A stretch of DNA of 64,000 bases from Patescibacteria group bacterium (GTDB lineage: Bacteria > Patescibacteriota > Patescibacteriia > JACRDY01): assembly GCA_041653535.1 (NCBI GenBank), contig JBAZFH010000002.1, positions 257,235 through 321,234 of the forward strand, given 5' to 3'. The notes under the pieces are model-generated. The model ran no database searches. It had not been told where the DNA came from and worked only from the letters and a program-made list of their open reading frames with translations. Position numbers and translations under genes: made by a program. Of this stretch, positions 1 through 8,988 are shown one piece after another (within the stretch, counting starts at the first letter, position 1; each line of letters begins with the position of its first letter).

Positions 1-422
1 GGAAAACAGTAATTGGTTAGGCGGTTCAATATTTCAAAAAGTAGATTGGCTGATCCGCCCTCCATTATCTCTTGATAAAATTTGGGGTTTTTTTCACAGC
101 GAGTAAAAAATTCACGAAGCGGCGGCAGTTGACCATCGTGAATAGTAACTATAAAATTGCGACCAATAAAAAAATCAACTTCCGTAGCCTTTATTTCCCG
201 AGTTTTTCGATTGTAAATCGGGAAGAGTAGAACCATAAAAAGATATTCGTCGTGTTCTACTAATTTTGGTCGCTGTGTCGGAGGTAGACAGTCTTGGACG
301 TCAGTATGGTAAAAAGGAAAACTTTTTTTTAACCAGTTTATTTCCCGTAGAGTATTTTGAGTGACATTAAACCATTGAAAGCCACCCAATCGTAAAAGAT
401 GTATATGTTTTGGTTTTTCCAT
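1..422 (-). CDS. corA: CorA-family Mg2+/Co2+ transporter, N-terminal part (runs off the window start)
   Basis: Not in the ORF track. Manual translation from ATG at 422 gives MEKPKHIHLLRLGGFQWFNV...FPFYHTDVQDCLPPTQRPKLVEHDEYLFMVLLFP...EVDFFIGRNFIVTIHDG, containing the CorA cytoplasmic-domain QRPK signature. Confidence 0.8.
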   Translation of the reverse strand, partial: MEKPKHIHLLRLGGFQWFNVTQNTLREINWLKKSFPFYHTDVQDCLPPTQRPKLVEHDEYLFMVLLFPIYNRKTREIKATEVDFFIGRNFIVTIHDGQLPPLREFFTRCEKNPKFYQEIMEGGSANLLFEILNRLTNYCF

Positions 423-543
423 AATTTATTTTTGTTTGTTAAAATATTATAACATATTTTGGTTTGATTGAGAAATAATAGTAATGACCCGTTACTAAAA
501 CTAGATATTTTTGCTATAATAGTAGTGTTAATATAATAAAATT

Positions 544-1077
544 ATGTCTCAAAAAGAAGGTAAAAAAGACGCGGCTTTTGCCCCGATAACCCCGGAGGTA
601 GTATCGCAAACTCCAGAATCGTTAGAACAACCATTAAATCCAGAGGATTTGGCTAGCCCAGAGACTACCACTGGAGTTGTAACTGAGGGCGAGCCGCAGA
701 CATCAACTGATGGTTATCCGCCGCTTCCTGGTTCGGGAACGGTCGGTAAAGCTGCTGATATTTTGGCAACGGCAAAAGACGAAACCCTGGAAAATATAGA
801 AGATATTTTAGAAGACGATTTAGAGCAGGTATACGCCAATTTACCGGAAGAAAAAAAACAAGAATTTAAAATTGAGGGAGAAAAAACAGCTTACGCCATC
901 CGGGGAGTTCTCTCTTCGGTAAGAATTAAAGCCAGAAGAATTTTTCGTCTGATTGCCAGTTGGCTGAAAATCGTCCCTGGAATTAATAAATTTTTTTTGG
1001 AACAAGAGGCAAAGATAAAAACTGATGAGATATTGGATTTGGTTGACGAGGAAAAGAAAAACAAAAATATAAAATAA
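544..1077 (+). CDS. hypothetical protein (acidic, low-complexity N-terminus; helical C-terminus)
   Basis: 177-aa ORF after a TGcTATAAT promoter-like site, directly upstream of the ATPase gene. Confidence 0.7.
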   Translation: MSQKEGKKDAAFAPITPEVVSQTPESLEQPLNPEDLASPETTTGVVTEGEPQTSTDGYPPLPGSGTVGKAADILATAKDETLENIEDILEDDLEQVYANLPEEKKQEFKIEGEKTAYAIRGVLSSVRIKARRIFRLIASWLKIVPGINKFFLEQEAKIKTDEILDLVDEEKKNKNIK

Positions 1078-1090
1078 ATTTTTATTTAAC

Positions 1091-3676
1091 ATGGACCAGG
1101 AGCTTCAATTTGGGTTGCCGACTGGCAATCCGGCTGAACAAGTAAGTCAAGGTTTGGTGGCATCCAGCCCGTGGCTGATGTTTATTTTTTATTTTGCGCT
1201 CACGGCGCTTTTTGTTTTTATTATACTTTTGTTTATTCGTTATTATTTTTACCGTCGGGAAAAGGTTCCGGCTGCTTTTCGTAAAGTCATTTTGCTTATT
1301 ACTTTACCCAAGGAGTCGTTGAAGCAAGAAAAAGGACACGAGAGGGAAACGCAGCAGTCAATTGCCGAGGAAATATCACTAGGAGAAATGTTGGCTGGTA
1401 GTATCGGCGGGCTAAAAGCGCAAAAAGGTTTGCGTTATTGGTTGTTCGGTCGGACTGACCATGTCGCTTTAGAAATAGTCGCCCATGATGGTTTTATCTC
1501 TTTCTACGCTGCCGTGCCTAGTTATTTGCAGCAATATTTTGAACAGCAAATACATGCACACTATCCAGAGGCTTTTATTGAAATAAAGGAGGATTATAAT
1601 ATTTTTAGCCCGCAAGGAGTGATTCGAGCGGCTTATTTGAAATTTAGACGTGAGTTTTTCTTTCCTATCAAAACTTATAAAAAAATGGAAAACGACCCCC
1701 TGGAATCGTTGACTAATGCCATGGGGAAGCTAGCTGATAATGAAGGGGCAGTGATACAGGTTATTGTCCGTAGTTCTCGTCCCAGCTGGCACAAGGTGGG
1801 CAGTCGTGTTGTTTCTGAAATGAAGCAAGGAAAAAAATTAAAAACAGCCGTTCGTGCTGCCGGAACAAATGGATTTTTGAAATTTTTGGGAGTAGTAGCT
1901 GATGTTTTTAAAACTAAAAATAAAGATGAGCAGCAGATAGGAATGATGGATAGTAGGCATTACCAGCTTTCACAGATGGAAGAGGAAATGGCAAAAGGCA
2001 TTGAGGAAAAATCCAGTAAAGCGGGACTGGACGTAAATATTAGGGTAGTGGTTTCCGCACAAGACCCTACCAGTGCTCAGCTTTGTCTAGATAATATTGT
2101 TAATGCTTTTTTTCAATATAATATTTATGAATATGGTAATGGTTTTGTTAAAAAGGTTCCTTATCGTATAGATGGAATCGTTAATGACTTTATTCATCGA
2201 AATTACACGGAAAAGTATAAAATGATTATGAACACCGAAGAAGTCGCTAGCATTTATCATTTGCCACTTACTTCGACCGACATGCCAAACATTCGTTGGT
2301 TGACCTCTAAAAAGGCGCCGGCACCTCTTAATGCGCCCAAGGAAGGCATTCGGCTTGGTACTAATATTTATCGCGACGTCGCTACTCCGATTTTTATCAA
2401 AAGGGAGGATCGTCGAAGACACGTGTATATTATTGGTAAATCAGGCGTCGGTAAATCCGTTTTGATGGGGGGGTTGGCTACTCAGGACATAATTAATGGC
2501 GAAGGAGTTTGCGTTATTGATCCGCACGGAGATTTAGTTGATGATGTTCTGGCAGCAGTGCCAAAAGAGCGGGCTGACGATGTTATTATTTTTGATCCGG
2601 CGGATATCGAACGACCAATGGGTTTAAATCTTTTGGAATATGATCCGCGTTATCCGGAGCAAAAAACTTTTGTTATCAACGAAATGATTAAAATATTTGA
2701 TAAACTGTATGATTTGCGAGCTACCGGCGGTCCAATGTTTGAGCAATACATAAGAAATGCGATGTTATTGATTATGGAGGATCCCGAATCGGGTTCGACT
2801 TTGATGGAGATATCCAAAGTGTTAGCCGATGCCGAATATCGTCGTTATAAACTATTGAAGTGCAAAACTCAAGTGGTTAAAGATTTCTGGCAAAAAGAAG
2901 CGGAAAAAGCCGGCGGTGAAGCATCGCTGCAAAATATGGTACCCTATATTACTTCAAAATTAAATACTTTTGTTTCCAATGATTTTATGCGACCGATTAT
3001 TGGTCAGCAAAAAAGCGCGATTAATTTTCGGGATATAATGGATAGCCAAAAGATTTTGCTGGTTCGATTATCCAAGGGTCGGCTAGGGGATATTAATACT
3101 AATCTACTTGGTATGATGATCGTCGGTAAGATATTGATGGCTGCTTTGAGTCGTACTGATACTTCGAGAGAAGTACGTAAAGATTTTTATCTTTATATTG
3201 ATGAATTTCAAAATTTTACCACTGACAGTATTGCTGTTATTTTGTCGGAAGCCCGTAAATATATGTTGAATCTGATAATTGCTCATCAATATATCGGTCA
3301 GCTGGTGGTAAATAATGATACTACTATTCGCGACGCGGTGTTTGGTAACGTCGGTACGATAGTTTGTTTCAAAATTGGCGTGGAAGACGCGGAAATACTG
3401 GCTAAAGAGTTTGCGCCGGTATTTAACGAGTATGATGTTATCAACATTGAAAAATATACCGCTTATGTTAAACTTTTGGTGGATAACGAGGCAACAAAGG
3501 CCTTTAATATGGCTACCGACTACTTTAATCCTCAAAGCCGTGATTTAGCGGAAAAAATTCGTGAATTGTCGCGTTTGAAATATGGTCGCGATCGAGATAT
3601 AGTGGAAAGAGAGATACTGGATCGGTCTAAGACGGCTGGAGTCGCAAGTTTTATACCGTCAACTGATCGTGAATAA
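1091..3676 (+). CDS. membrane-anchored TraD/VirD4/HerA-like ATPase (type IV secretion coupling-protein-like)
   Basis: N-terminal TM helix; Walker A GKSGVGKS; IDPHGDL; Walker B LYIDEFQNF; SEARKY; AHQY. Confidence 0.85.
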   Translation: MDQELQFGLPTGNPAEQVSQGLVASSPWLMFIFYFALTALFVFIILLFIRYYFYRREKVPAAFRKVILLITLPKESLKQEKGHERETQQSIAEEISLGEMLAGSIGGLKAQKGLRYWLFGRTDHVALEIVAHDGFISFYAAVPSYLQQYFEQQIHAHYPEAFIEIKEDYNIFSPQGVIRAAYLKFRREFFFPIKTYKKMENDPLESLTNAMGKLADNEGAVIQVIVRSSRPSWHKVGSRVVSEMKQGKKLKTAVRAAGTNGFLKFLGVVADVFKTKNKDEQQIGMMDSRHYQLSQMEEEMAKGIEEKSSKAGLDVNIRVVVSAQDPTSAQLCLDNIVNAFFQYNIYEYGNGFVKKVPYRIDGIVNDFIHRNYTEKYKMIMNTEEVASIYHLPLTSTDMPNIRWLTSKKAPAPLNAPKEGIRLGTNIYRDVATPIFIKREDRRRHVYIIGKSGVGKSVLMGGLATQDIINGEGVCVIDPHGDLVDDVLAAVPKERADDVIIFDPADIERPMGLNLLEYDPRYPEQKTFVINEMIKIFDKLYDLRATGGPMFEQYIRNAMLLIMEDPESGSTLMEISKVLADAEYRRYKLLKCKTQVVKDFWQKEAEKAGGEASLQNMVPYITSKLNTFVSNDFMRPIIGQQKSAINFRDIMDSQKILLVRLSKGRLGDINTNLLGMMIVGKILMAALSRTDTSREVRKDFYLYIDEFQNFTTDSIAVILSEARKYMLNLIIAHQYIGQLVVNNDTTIRDAVFGNVGTIVCFKIGVEDAEILAKEFAPVFNEYDVINIEKYTAYVKLLVDNEATKAFNMATDYFNPQSRDLAEKIRELSRLKYGRDRDIVEREILDRSKTAGVASFIPSTDRE

Positions 3677-3697
3677 AAACAAAAAAACAAAATAAAT

Positions 3698-4306
3698 ATG
3701 AAAGACAAAAAAAACAAAAATGAAGTTTTGGATTTGGGCGATATGGCAGATAGTATGGGAGTTGACGATGAAAAAAAAGAGGCTTTGCGTCAAATCTTAA
3801 ATAATATAAAAAGCAATATTGAAAGGGCGATAAAAATAGTCGAAGATAGCGGTAGCGGTAATGGAGGGTTGGTTTTAGAAAAGCTGGAAAGTATAAAAAG
3901 CGATGTTGATTTTGATGGTAAATATTTTGATGAACAAAAAGTGGTGGAGGGAGTTTTTGACGGACAAAAAATGATTGATACCGAAGGACAGGAATATCAA
4001 ATACCGCCAAATTATATTTCCAAATCAAAATTAGTAGAGGGTGATATTTTAAAGTTAACTATTGACGATCGTGGTAATTTTGTATACAAACAGATAGGTC
4101 CGGTCGGTCGTCGAAGGGTCAAAGCTCAGCTTGGTCAGGATCCGGAAACCAAGCAATATTACGCTGTCGCCGGCACTAAGCGCTGGAAGTTGATTACCGC
4201 AGCAGTTACTTATTTTCGCGGTGATCCGGGCGATGAGGTGGTTATTTTGGTGCCCGAGGAGAGTAAATCGGCTTGGGCGGCAGTGGAAAACGTGATTAAA
4301 TCATAA
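3698..4306 (+). CDS. conserved hypothetical protein
   Basis: 202-aa ORF, tightly spaced in the operon; GVFDGQKM...PPNYISKSKLVEGD segment. Confidence 0.7.
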   Translation: MKDKKNKNEVLDLGDMADSMGVDDEKKEALRQILNNIKSNIERAIKIVEDSGSGNGGLVLEKLESIKSDVDFDGKYFDEQKVVEGVFDGQKMIDTEGQEYQIPPNYISKSKLVEGDILKLTIDDRGNFVYKQIGPVGRRRVKAQLGQDPETKQYYAVAGTKRWKLITAAVTYFRGDPGDEVVILVPEESKSAWAAVENVIKS

Positions 4307-4321
4307 TAGTAGTAAAAAAAT

Positions 4322-4585
4322 ATGGCGATTTTTGGCTCTTTGTTTGGTTCCAGTAGAAAAATTTTTCACACCAAGGATGAAATAAAAAAATCTTTGTTTA
4401 GACTCAATACCTTGACTCAAGATCAGCGTGAAATAATTTTTAATATTGTCGCCGGAGAATTGGACGATAATGGCGTTACCGAATTTGAATGGAAAAAACG
4501 TCTCAGTCCGATTTTTTATCAACTGGTCAAAGAGGGGAAAATCAGCCAGATCGATTACGAAAAATTGAAAAATTTAGGCAACTAA
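4322..4585 (+). CDS. hypothetical protein
   Basis: 87-aa ORF with tight operonic spacing. Confidence 0.6.
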   Translation: MAIFGSLFGSSRKIFHTKDEIKKSLFRLNTLTQDQREIIFNIVAGELDDNGVTEFEWKKRLSPIFYQLVKEGKISQIDYEKLKNLGN

Positions 4586-4598
4586 TAATCTTGTATTT

Positions 4599-5249
4599 GT
4601 GGTAAAAGATAAAAAAATATACCGAATAGTATTTTTGGGTCCGCAAGGGTCGGGTAAAAGCACTCAAGCGAAAATATTAGCTCAAAAATTAAATATTCCA
4701 ATAATTTCTACGGGAGAAATGTATCGACATGAGGCAAAAAAGAAGACGATTTTTGCTGAGCAGGTCTCCGGTTATATTAATCAAGGTAAGCTCGTCCCCG
4801 GAGAGATTACCAATGCTTTGGTTAAAAAAAGACTGGCAAAAAAAGACTGCGCCAAAGGCTTTGTATTAGACGGTTATCCGCGAACAATTGATCAGGCAAT
4901 AGATTTGGATGAAATGACTAAAATTACACACGTTGTTTTGATTGATTTAGCGGATCACGAAGCGTTGTATCGGATTAGCGGTCGCGAGGTTTGTCCTAAG
5001 TGCGAAGAGGTTTATCATTTTAAGTTTAAACCTCCAAAAGTTGATAACCAATGCGATCGCTGTAATATTAAATTGGTTACTCGTCGTGATGATGACGAAG
5101 ACGCGGCTCTACGCAAAAGATTAAGTATTTATCGTGAGGAAATCGGACCGATTATTGAAAGATATCAGAATAAAAAAATTATTCATGAAATAAACGGTTT
5201 TAGAAATATTCCTCAGGTTGAGGCAGATGTAACAAAAATCTTTAGTTGA
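4599..5249 (+). CDS. adk: adenylate kinase
   Basis: GPQGSGKST P-loop; GFVLDGYPRT; zinc LID CxxC...CxxC. Confidence 0.95.
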   Translation: MVKDKKIYRIVFLGPQGSGKSTQAKILAQKLNIPIISTGEMYRHEAKKKTIFAEQVSGYINQGKLVPGEITNALVKKRLAKKDCAKGFVLDGYPRTIDQAIDLDEMTKITHVVLIDLADHEALYRISGREVCPKCEEVYHFKFKPPKVDNQCDRCNIKLVTRRDDDEDAALRKRLSIYREEIGPIIERYQNKKIIHEINGFRNIPQVEADVTKIFS

Positions 5250-6019
5250 CTATGATTACCATAAAAACAGAAAAAGAAATCAGAAAGCTCGCTTATAGCG
5301 GCAAGATTTTATCAAAAATTTTGAGACATTTGTTTTTAGAATCAAAGCCAGGAGTAACCACGGCGCAGATTGACGAGATTGCCGAGAGAATGATTCGCGA
5401 AGTCGGCGGCACACCGGCTTTTAAAAATTACCAAAGTTCTCACAACGATCCGCCTTTTCCTTCCACTATTTGCGCTTCAATAAATAATCAACTGGTTCAT
5501 GCGCCGGCATCGCCAATAAAAAAATTAAAATCAGGCGACATTTTTACTATTGATATCGGCATGGAATACGAAGGTCTGTATACCGATATGGCAGCAACGA
5601 TAACGATAGGAAAAGTTCCGGCACGAGTTAATAAATTGATCAAAGTAACCAAAAAAAGTCTTGAAAACGCTATTAAGCAAGTGAAGCCAGGAAATACCGT
5701 TGCCGATATTTCTTACGCCGTGCAGAGTTATGCTGAAAAAAATGGCTTCGCGGTAGTTAAAGAATTAGTCGGGCATGGCGTCGGTTACGCGCCGCACGAA
5801 GAGCCGATGATTCCTAATTTTGTGGCCATTCATCAGCCAAAAATAGAATTAAAACCAGGAATGGTTTTAGCTATTGAGCCGATGTTAACAGACGGTACTG
5901 ACCGGGTGAAGTTTTTAGATGACGGTTGGACGGTGGTGACAGCCGATGGATCAATGTGTGCTCACTTTGAACATACGGTAGCGGTAACAGAAAAAGGCTG
6001 TCAAATTTTAACAAAATAG
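5246..6019 (+). CDS. map: methionine aminopeptidase type I
   Basis: ICASIN, DIG, D-M-A, GHGVG, HEEP, AIEPM, AHFEHT motifs; start may be the ATG at 5252. Confidence 0.95.
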   Translation: MTMITIKTEKEIRKLAYSGKILSKILRHLFLESKPGVTTAQIDEIAERMIREVGGTPAFKNYQSSHNDPPFPSTICASINNQLVHAPASPIKKLKSGDIFTIDIGMEYEGLYTDMAATITIGKVPARVNKLIKVTKKSLENAIKQVKPGNTVADISYAVQSYAEKNGFAVVKELVGHGVGYAPHEEPMIPNFVAIHQPKIELKPGMVLAIEPMLTDGTDRVKFLDDGWTVVTADGSMCAHFEHTVAVTEKGCQILTK

Positions 6020-6057
6020 CAGTTAGCGGGCAGCAACCAGTAAATAATATAAAAAAT

Positions 6058-6450
6058 ATGTCTAAAATATTGGGAATGGATTATGGTTCGGTGCGTATCG
6101 GTTTGGCACTCGGTGATGAAGAGCAAAAAATAGCTCTTCCTTTTGATGTTATTGCTAACAACGAAGGAGTGGTGGGCAATTTACGCCGGATAATAGATGC
6201 GGAAAAAGTTTATCGCATCGTCATTGGTTTGCCTCTCAATATGTCGGGAGTCAGTACGAAAAAAACCGAAGAAGTCGAGGATTTTATCGATTTATTAAAA
6301 AGTAATTTTAACTTGCCAATTTTGACTGAAGACGAAAGACTAAGCTCAAAAATGGCTGATAGTTTGTTCAAAGATTTTAAACAAAAATATGATCGTGACG
6401 CCATTGCCGCGATGATAATTTTGCAGGGATATCTGGATAAGATAAAATAA
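6058..6450 (+). CDS. ruvX: Holliday junction resolvase-like / pre-16S rRNA nuclease RuvX (YqgF)
   Basis: LGMDYGSVRIGLA, VIGLP, DERLSS, D..AA..ILQ motifs. Confidence 0.92.
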   Translation: MSKILGMDYGSVRIGLALGDEEQKIALPFDVIANNEGVVGNLRRIIDAEKVYRIVIGLPLNMSGVSTKKTEEVEDFIDLLKSNFNLPILTEDERLSSKMADSLFKDFKQKYDRDAIAAMIILQGYLDKIK

Positions 6451-6454
6451 TAAT

Positions 6455-7186
6455 ATGGTTGAAAATTTTTCTCAACAATTGTGGGAACCATCGGTAGGCG
6501 AAAAAAGGAAGACCGACCTAAACCCTTTTATTGAAGAATTGCGTCGCCCAATAAAGAAAATCATTAATAAACTTAGAGAGAAGATTGATAATTGCGAGTA
6601 TACCCATATTATCGGTGATGATGCCTCTGGACGTATTCCCGCCTTAGTCTTTAGAAAAATTTTAGAGCATGTTTATAAAACTAAAGGCAAAGAGGCACCA
6701 AAAACATTTTTTATTCCTGGACATTCTCCGGCAGTAAGCAGGGTAAAAAAAATTTTTCCTACGCAAGTTGAAAAAGACACTAAAATTCTTATTGTAACCG
6801 ACACAATTGTGACTGGTAATAGTTTATATACTCTCACCCTAACTTTAAAAGAATTTGGCATTCCCTTCGATATCGCAACCATTGGTATTTATTCTCCGCT
6901 CGAAGGTCGTAATGGGAAAAATCCCGGCGACCAATATATTCAGGAAATAGAACGTGCTTTGGGAGGAGATATTTTTTATGGGTCGTATGCCACTCCGGAA
7001 TTATATGAAGAAGAAGGACATAAATTGACAGGTGTAAAAAAGGACAGAGGCGCTGACATTTCTTTTCGCCTCGTAAAACAAAAAACCGATCAAGATATGG
7101 TTAATAAGGCTCGAAAAGACGCTAATATTCTAGCCGAAGAATTAGTAGCGGAATACGAAAAAAGCGTAAGTTTTGAGAATGATTAA
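6455..7186 (+). CDS. hypothetical protein with a phosphoribosyltransferase-like loop
   Basis: ILIVTDTIVTGNSL resembles the PRT PRPP-binding loop; DDASGRIPA. Confidence 0.5.
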   Translation: MVENFSQQLWEPSVGEKRKTDLNPFIEELRRPIKKIINKLREKIDNCEYTHIIGDDASGRIPALVFRKILEHVYKTKGKEAPKTFFIPGHSPAVSRVKKIFPTQVEKDTKILIVTDTIVTGNSLYTLTLTLKEFGIPFDIATIGIYSPLEGRNGKNPGDQYIQEIERALGGDIFYGSYATPELYEEEGHKLTGVKKDRGADISFRLVKQKTDQDMVNKARKDANILAEELVAEYEKSVSFEND

Positions 7187-7207
7187 TTAGCAGGTTAATC
7201 GGACCAA

Positions 7208-7945
7208 ATGGAATACTACACGGCAGCCATTGTTTTATCTAAAAGCGACGTTAAGGAATACGACCGCTTTTTTTCGCTTTATACCAAAAATCTTGGCAAG
7301 ATATCGGTGCTTGCCCGGGGCGTACGACGACTGCAGAGTAAAATGGCTGGACATCTTGAGCCATTCGGCGTGGTGGTGGCTAAGATCGTTTTGGGTAATA
7401 AATCAGCGCGGTTATCTAATATCGAAACCATTGAAAGATATCAAAATATTATCAAAGATTTGGATTCTTTGCGCTTGGCTAAAAAATGTTTGACTGTTAT
7501 CAATAATTTGGTGAAAGAAGGCAGCTGCGATCTTGGTATTTTTGAGTTGCTTTCTTCCATATTATCGAACCTGGATGACAGGGATCGGTTAGTTTGGGAA
7601 AAAGAATTTTTATTTAGTGTTTTTATTTTGAAACTTTTAGTTCATCTGGGTTATCGGCCAGAGTTGTGTAACTGTGTTATATGTAAAAATCGTGTTATGC
7701 CCGAGGACAATATTTTTGATTTTTTACGCGGCGGGTTAGTTTGCGGTGATTGCAAAAAAGCTGTCGGTCTTGGCGGTAGCGGTCAGTTTGCGGTGAGCAG
7801 TAATGAAATAAAGGTGTTGCGGTTGATGCTGGAAAAAGATTTAGAATTTTTTTCAAAAAATAAAATTAATAAAAAATTAGCCGATTTTACCGGTAATTTG
7901 GTTAAAGGTTTTGCTCGAGTCGTGGGTGAGGTTGACTTTTTATGA
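7208..7945 (+). CDS. recO: DNA repair protein RecO
   Basis: N-terminal OB fold (E.DR...YT...GKI...ARGVR...SK) and CxxC...CxxC zinc finger. Confidence 0.92.
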   Translation: MEYYTAAIVLSKSDVKEYDRFFSLYTKNLGKISVLARGVRRLQSKMAGHLEPFGVVVAKIVLGNKSARLSNIETIERYQNIIKDLDSLRLAKKCLTVINNLVKEGSCDLGIFELLSSILSNLDDRDRLVWEKEFLFSVFILKLLVHLGYRPELCNCVICKNRVMPEDNIFDFLRGGLVCGDCKKAVGLGGSGQFAVSSNEIKVLRLMLEKDLEFFSKNKINKKLADFTGNLVKGFARVVGEVDFL

Positions 7946-7959
7946 CAATATGATACAGT
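7932..7959 (+). promoter_or_regulatory. putative sigma70 promoter for the Asn leader/tRNA-Asn transcript
   Basis: TTGACT (7932-7937), 16-bp spacer, extended -10 TGaTACAGT (7951-7959). Confidence 0.5.
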
Positions 7960-7967
7960 ATAAATGT

Positions 7968-8018
7968 ATGAAATTTATAGTTGTACAATTTAATAATAAT
8001 AATCAGCACTGGGGCTGA
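7968..8018 (+). CDS. putative Asn-rich attenuator leader peptide MKFIVVQFNNNNQHWG
   Basis: 16 codons with AAT x4 (7992-8003); the stop overlaps the antiterminator arm GGGGCT (8011-8016). Confidence 0.6.
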   Translation: MKFIVVQFNNNNQHWG

Positions 8019-8045
8019 CGAGTTTTTGTTTACTCGTCGTAAGAT

Positions 8046-8071
8046 AGCCCCGCAAAGATCGCGGGGTTTTT
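8046..8071 (+). terminator. intrinsic terminator of the putative attenuator
   Basis: CCCCGC-aaagatc-GCGGGG followed by TTTTT; its 5' arm AGCCCC can instead pair with GGGGCT at 8011-8016. Confidence 0.7.
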
Positions 8072-8091
8072 AAATAGGTTGTTTGCAAAAT

Positions 8092-8268
8092 TCTCGGGTA
8101 GTTTAAAGGTAAAACGCCTGGCTGCCTGCCCGCCAGCCTCTGGGATAGTTTAAAGGTAAAACGCCTGGCTGTTAACCAGGATAGTGGAGGTTCGATTCCT
8201 CCTCCCAGAGGCAGGCAATGGCAGGCGGGTTAACCAGGATAGTGGAGGCTCGATTCCTTCTCCCAGAG
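8092..8268 (+). pseudogene. degenerate outer tRNA-Asn copy split in the anticodon by a 105-nt insertion
   Basis: 5' half 8092-8124 and 3' half 8230-8268 nearly match the inner tRNA; acceptor stem has a C-C mismatch and the T-loop reads CTCGA. Confidence 0.75.
8139..8210 (+). tRNA. tRNA-Asn (GTT), intact inner copy, CCA not encoded
   Basis: TCTGGGA/TCCCAGA acceptor stem; CCTGG-CT-GTT-AA-CCAGG anticodon arm; GGAGG-TTCGATT-CCTCC T arm; discriminator G. Confidence 0.9.
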
Positions 8269-8322
8269 TTTTGTAAACAAGCCGCGATGTCTGCCGGTTG
8301 AAGGCGGGTTAACGCTGTTTCA

Positions 8323-8747
8323 TTAACCAGATAAACCACCCCGCATGTGCGGGGTGAGTGCGTTTAAAAGCGTAGTTTTCGGACAAAGAGAAGCAACACC
8401 TTTATTTTGTTGACCATCTTTCGCCCTTATACCGCCTGCCTGCCGGTAGGCAGGGGCAGGCAGTTATCCAAGCTGCAGCGCCCTGCAGCTGGGCAACCAA
8501 AGAGTTTTGGGGGCTCCAGAAGCGCGAATACCTTAGCACCTCATCGTTCCTAAACCCGCCTCACCCTTTTCGCTCGCCCCGCCAAGGCGGGGCTCGACTC
8601 TCGGGGCTTCGGCTTTGGCGCAGCTTCCGCTCCCAAACCCCCGCAGTTTTAACAATTTAATATTTTTGAAATGAGGTTAAAGCCTTGGCTGGCATAAGCC
8701 AGCAAACGGAAACCGCCCCGCTGCATAGCGGGGCGGTAGTTCATTTA
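8323..8747. mobile_element. non-autonomous IS200/IS605-like remnant with hairpin ends and no ORF
   Basis: Left end TTAACCAGATAAACCACCCCGC..GCGGGGTG and right end ACCGCCCCGCTGCATAGCGGGGCGGTAGTTCATTTA; both ends recur fused at 17903-17950. Confidence 0.5.
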
Positions 8748-8988
8748 GCGTTCAGAATTATTAAATAACATTTAATTACACAACAACCCTGATTAATAAG
8801 TAGATAATTTTTACCCATAAAACCCTATAAAAACCCCTAAAATTGCTTAAAATATCCCAAATACTTTACAGGAATGGTTATTTGTGCTATATTTTAGAAT
8901 CTTGTCATCGTGGTGATGATGGGATTTCGCGCCTCAAATAGAGGCAAAATTCGACATTCGGCAAATAGCCGAAAGGAGGACGGGTATC

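Noticed and set aside
1091-3676. ATPase as evidence of a conjugative element
   Set aside because: It sits among core genes with no relaxase, integrase or mating-pair genes nearby.
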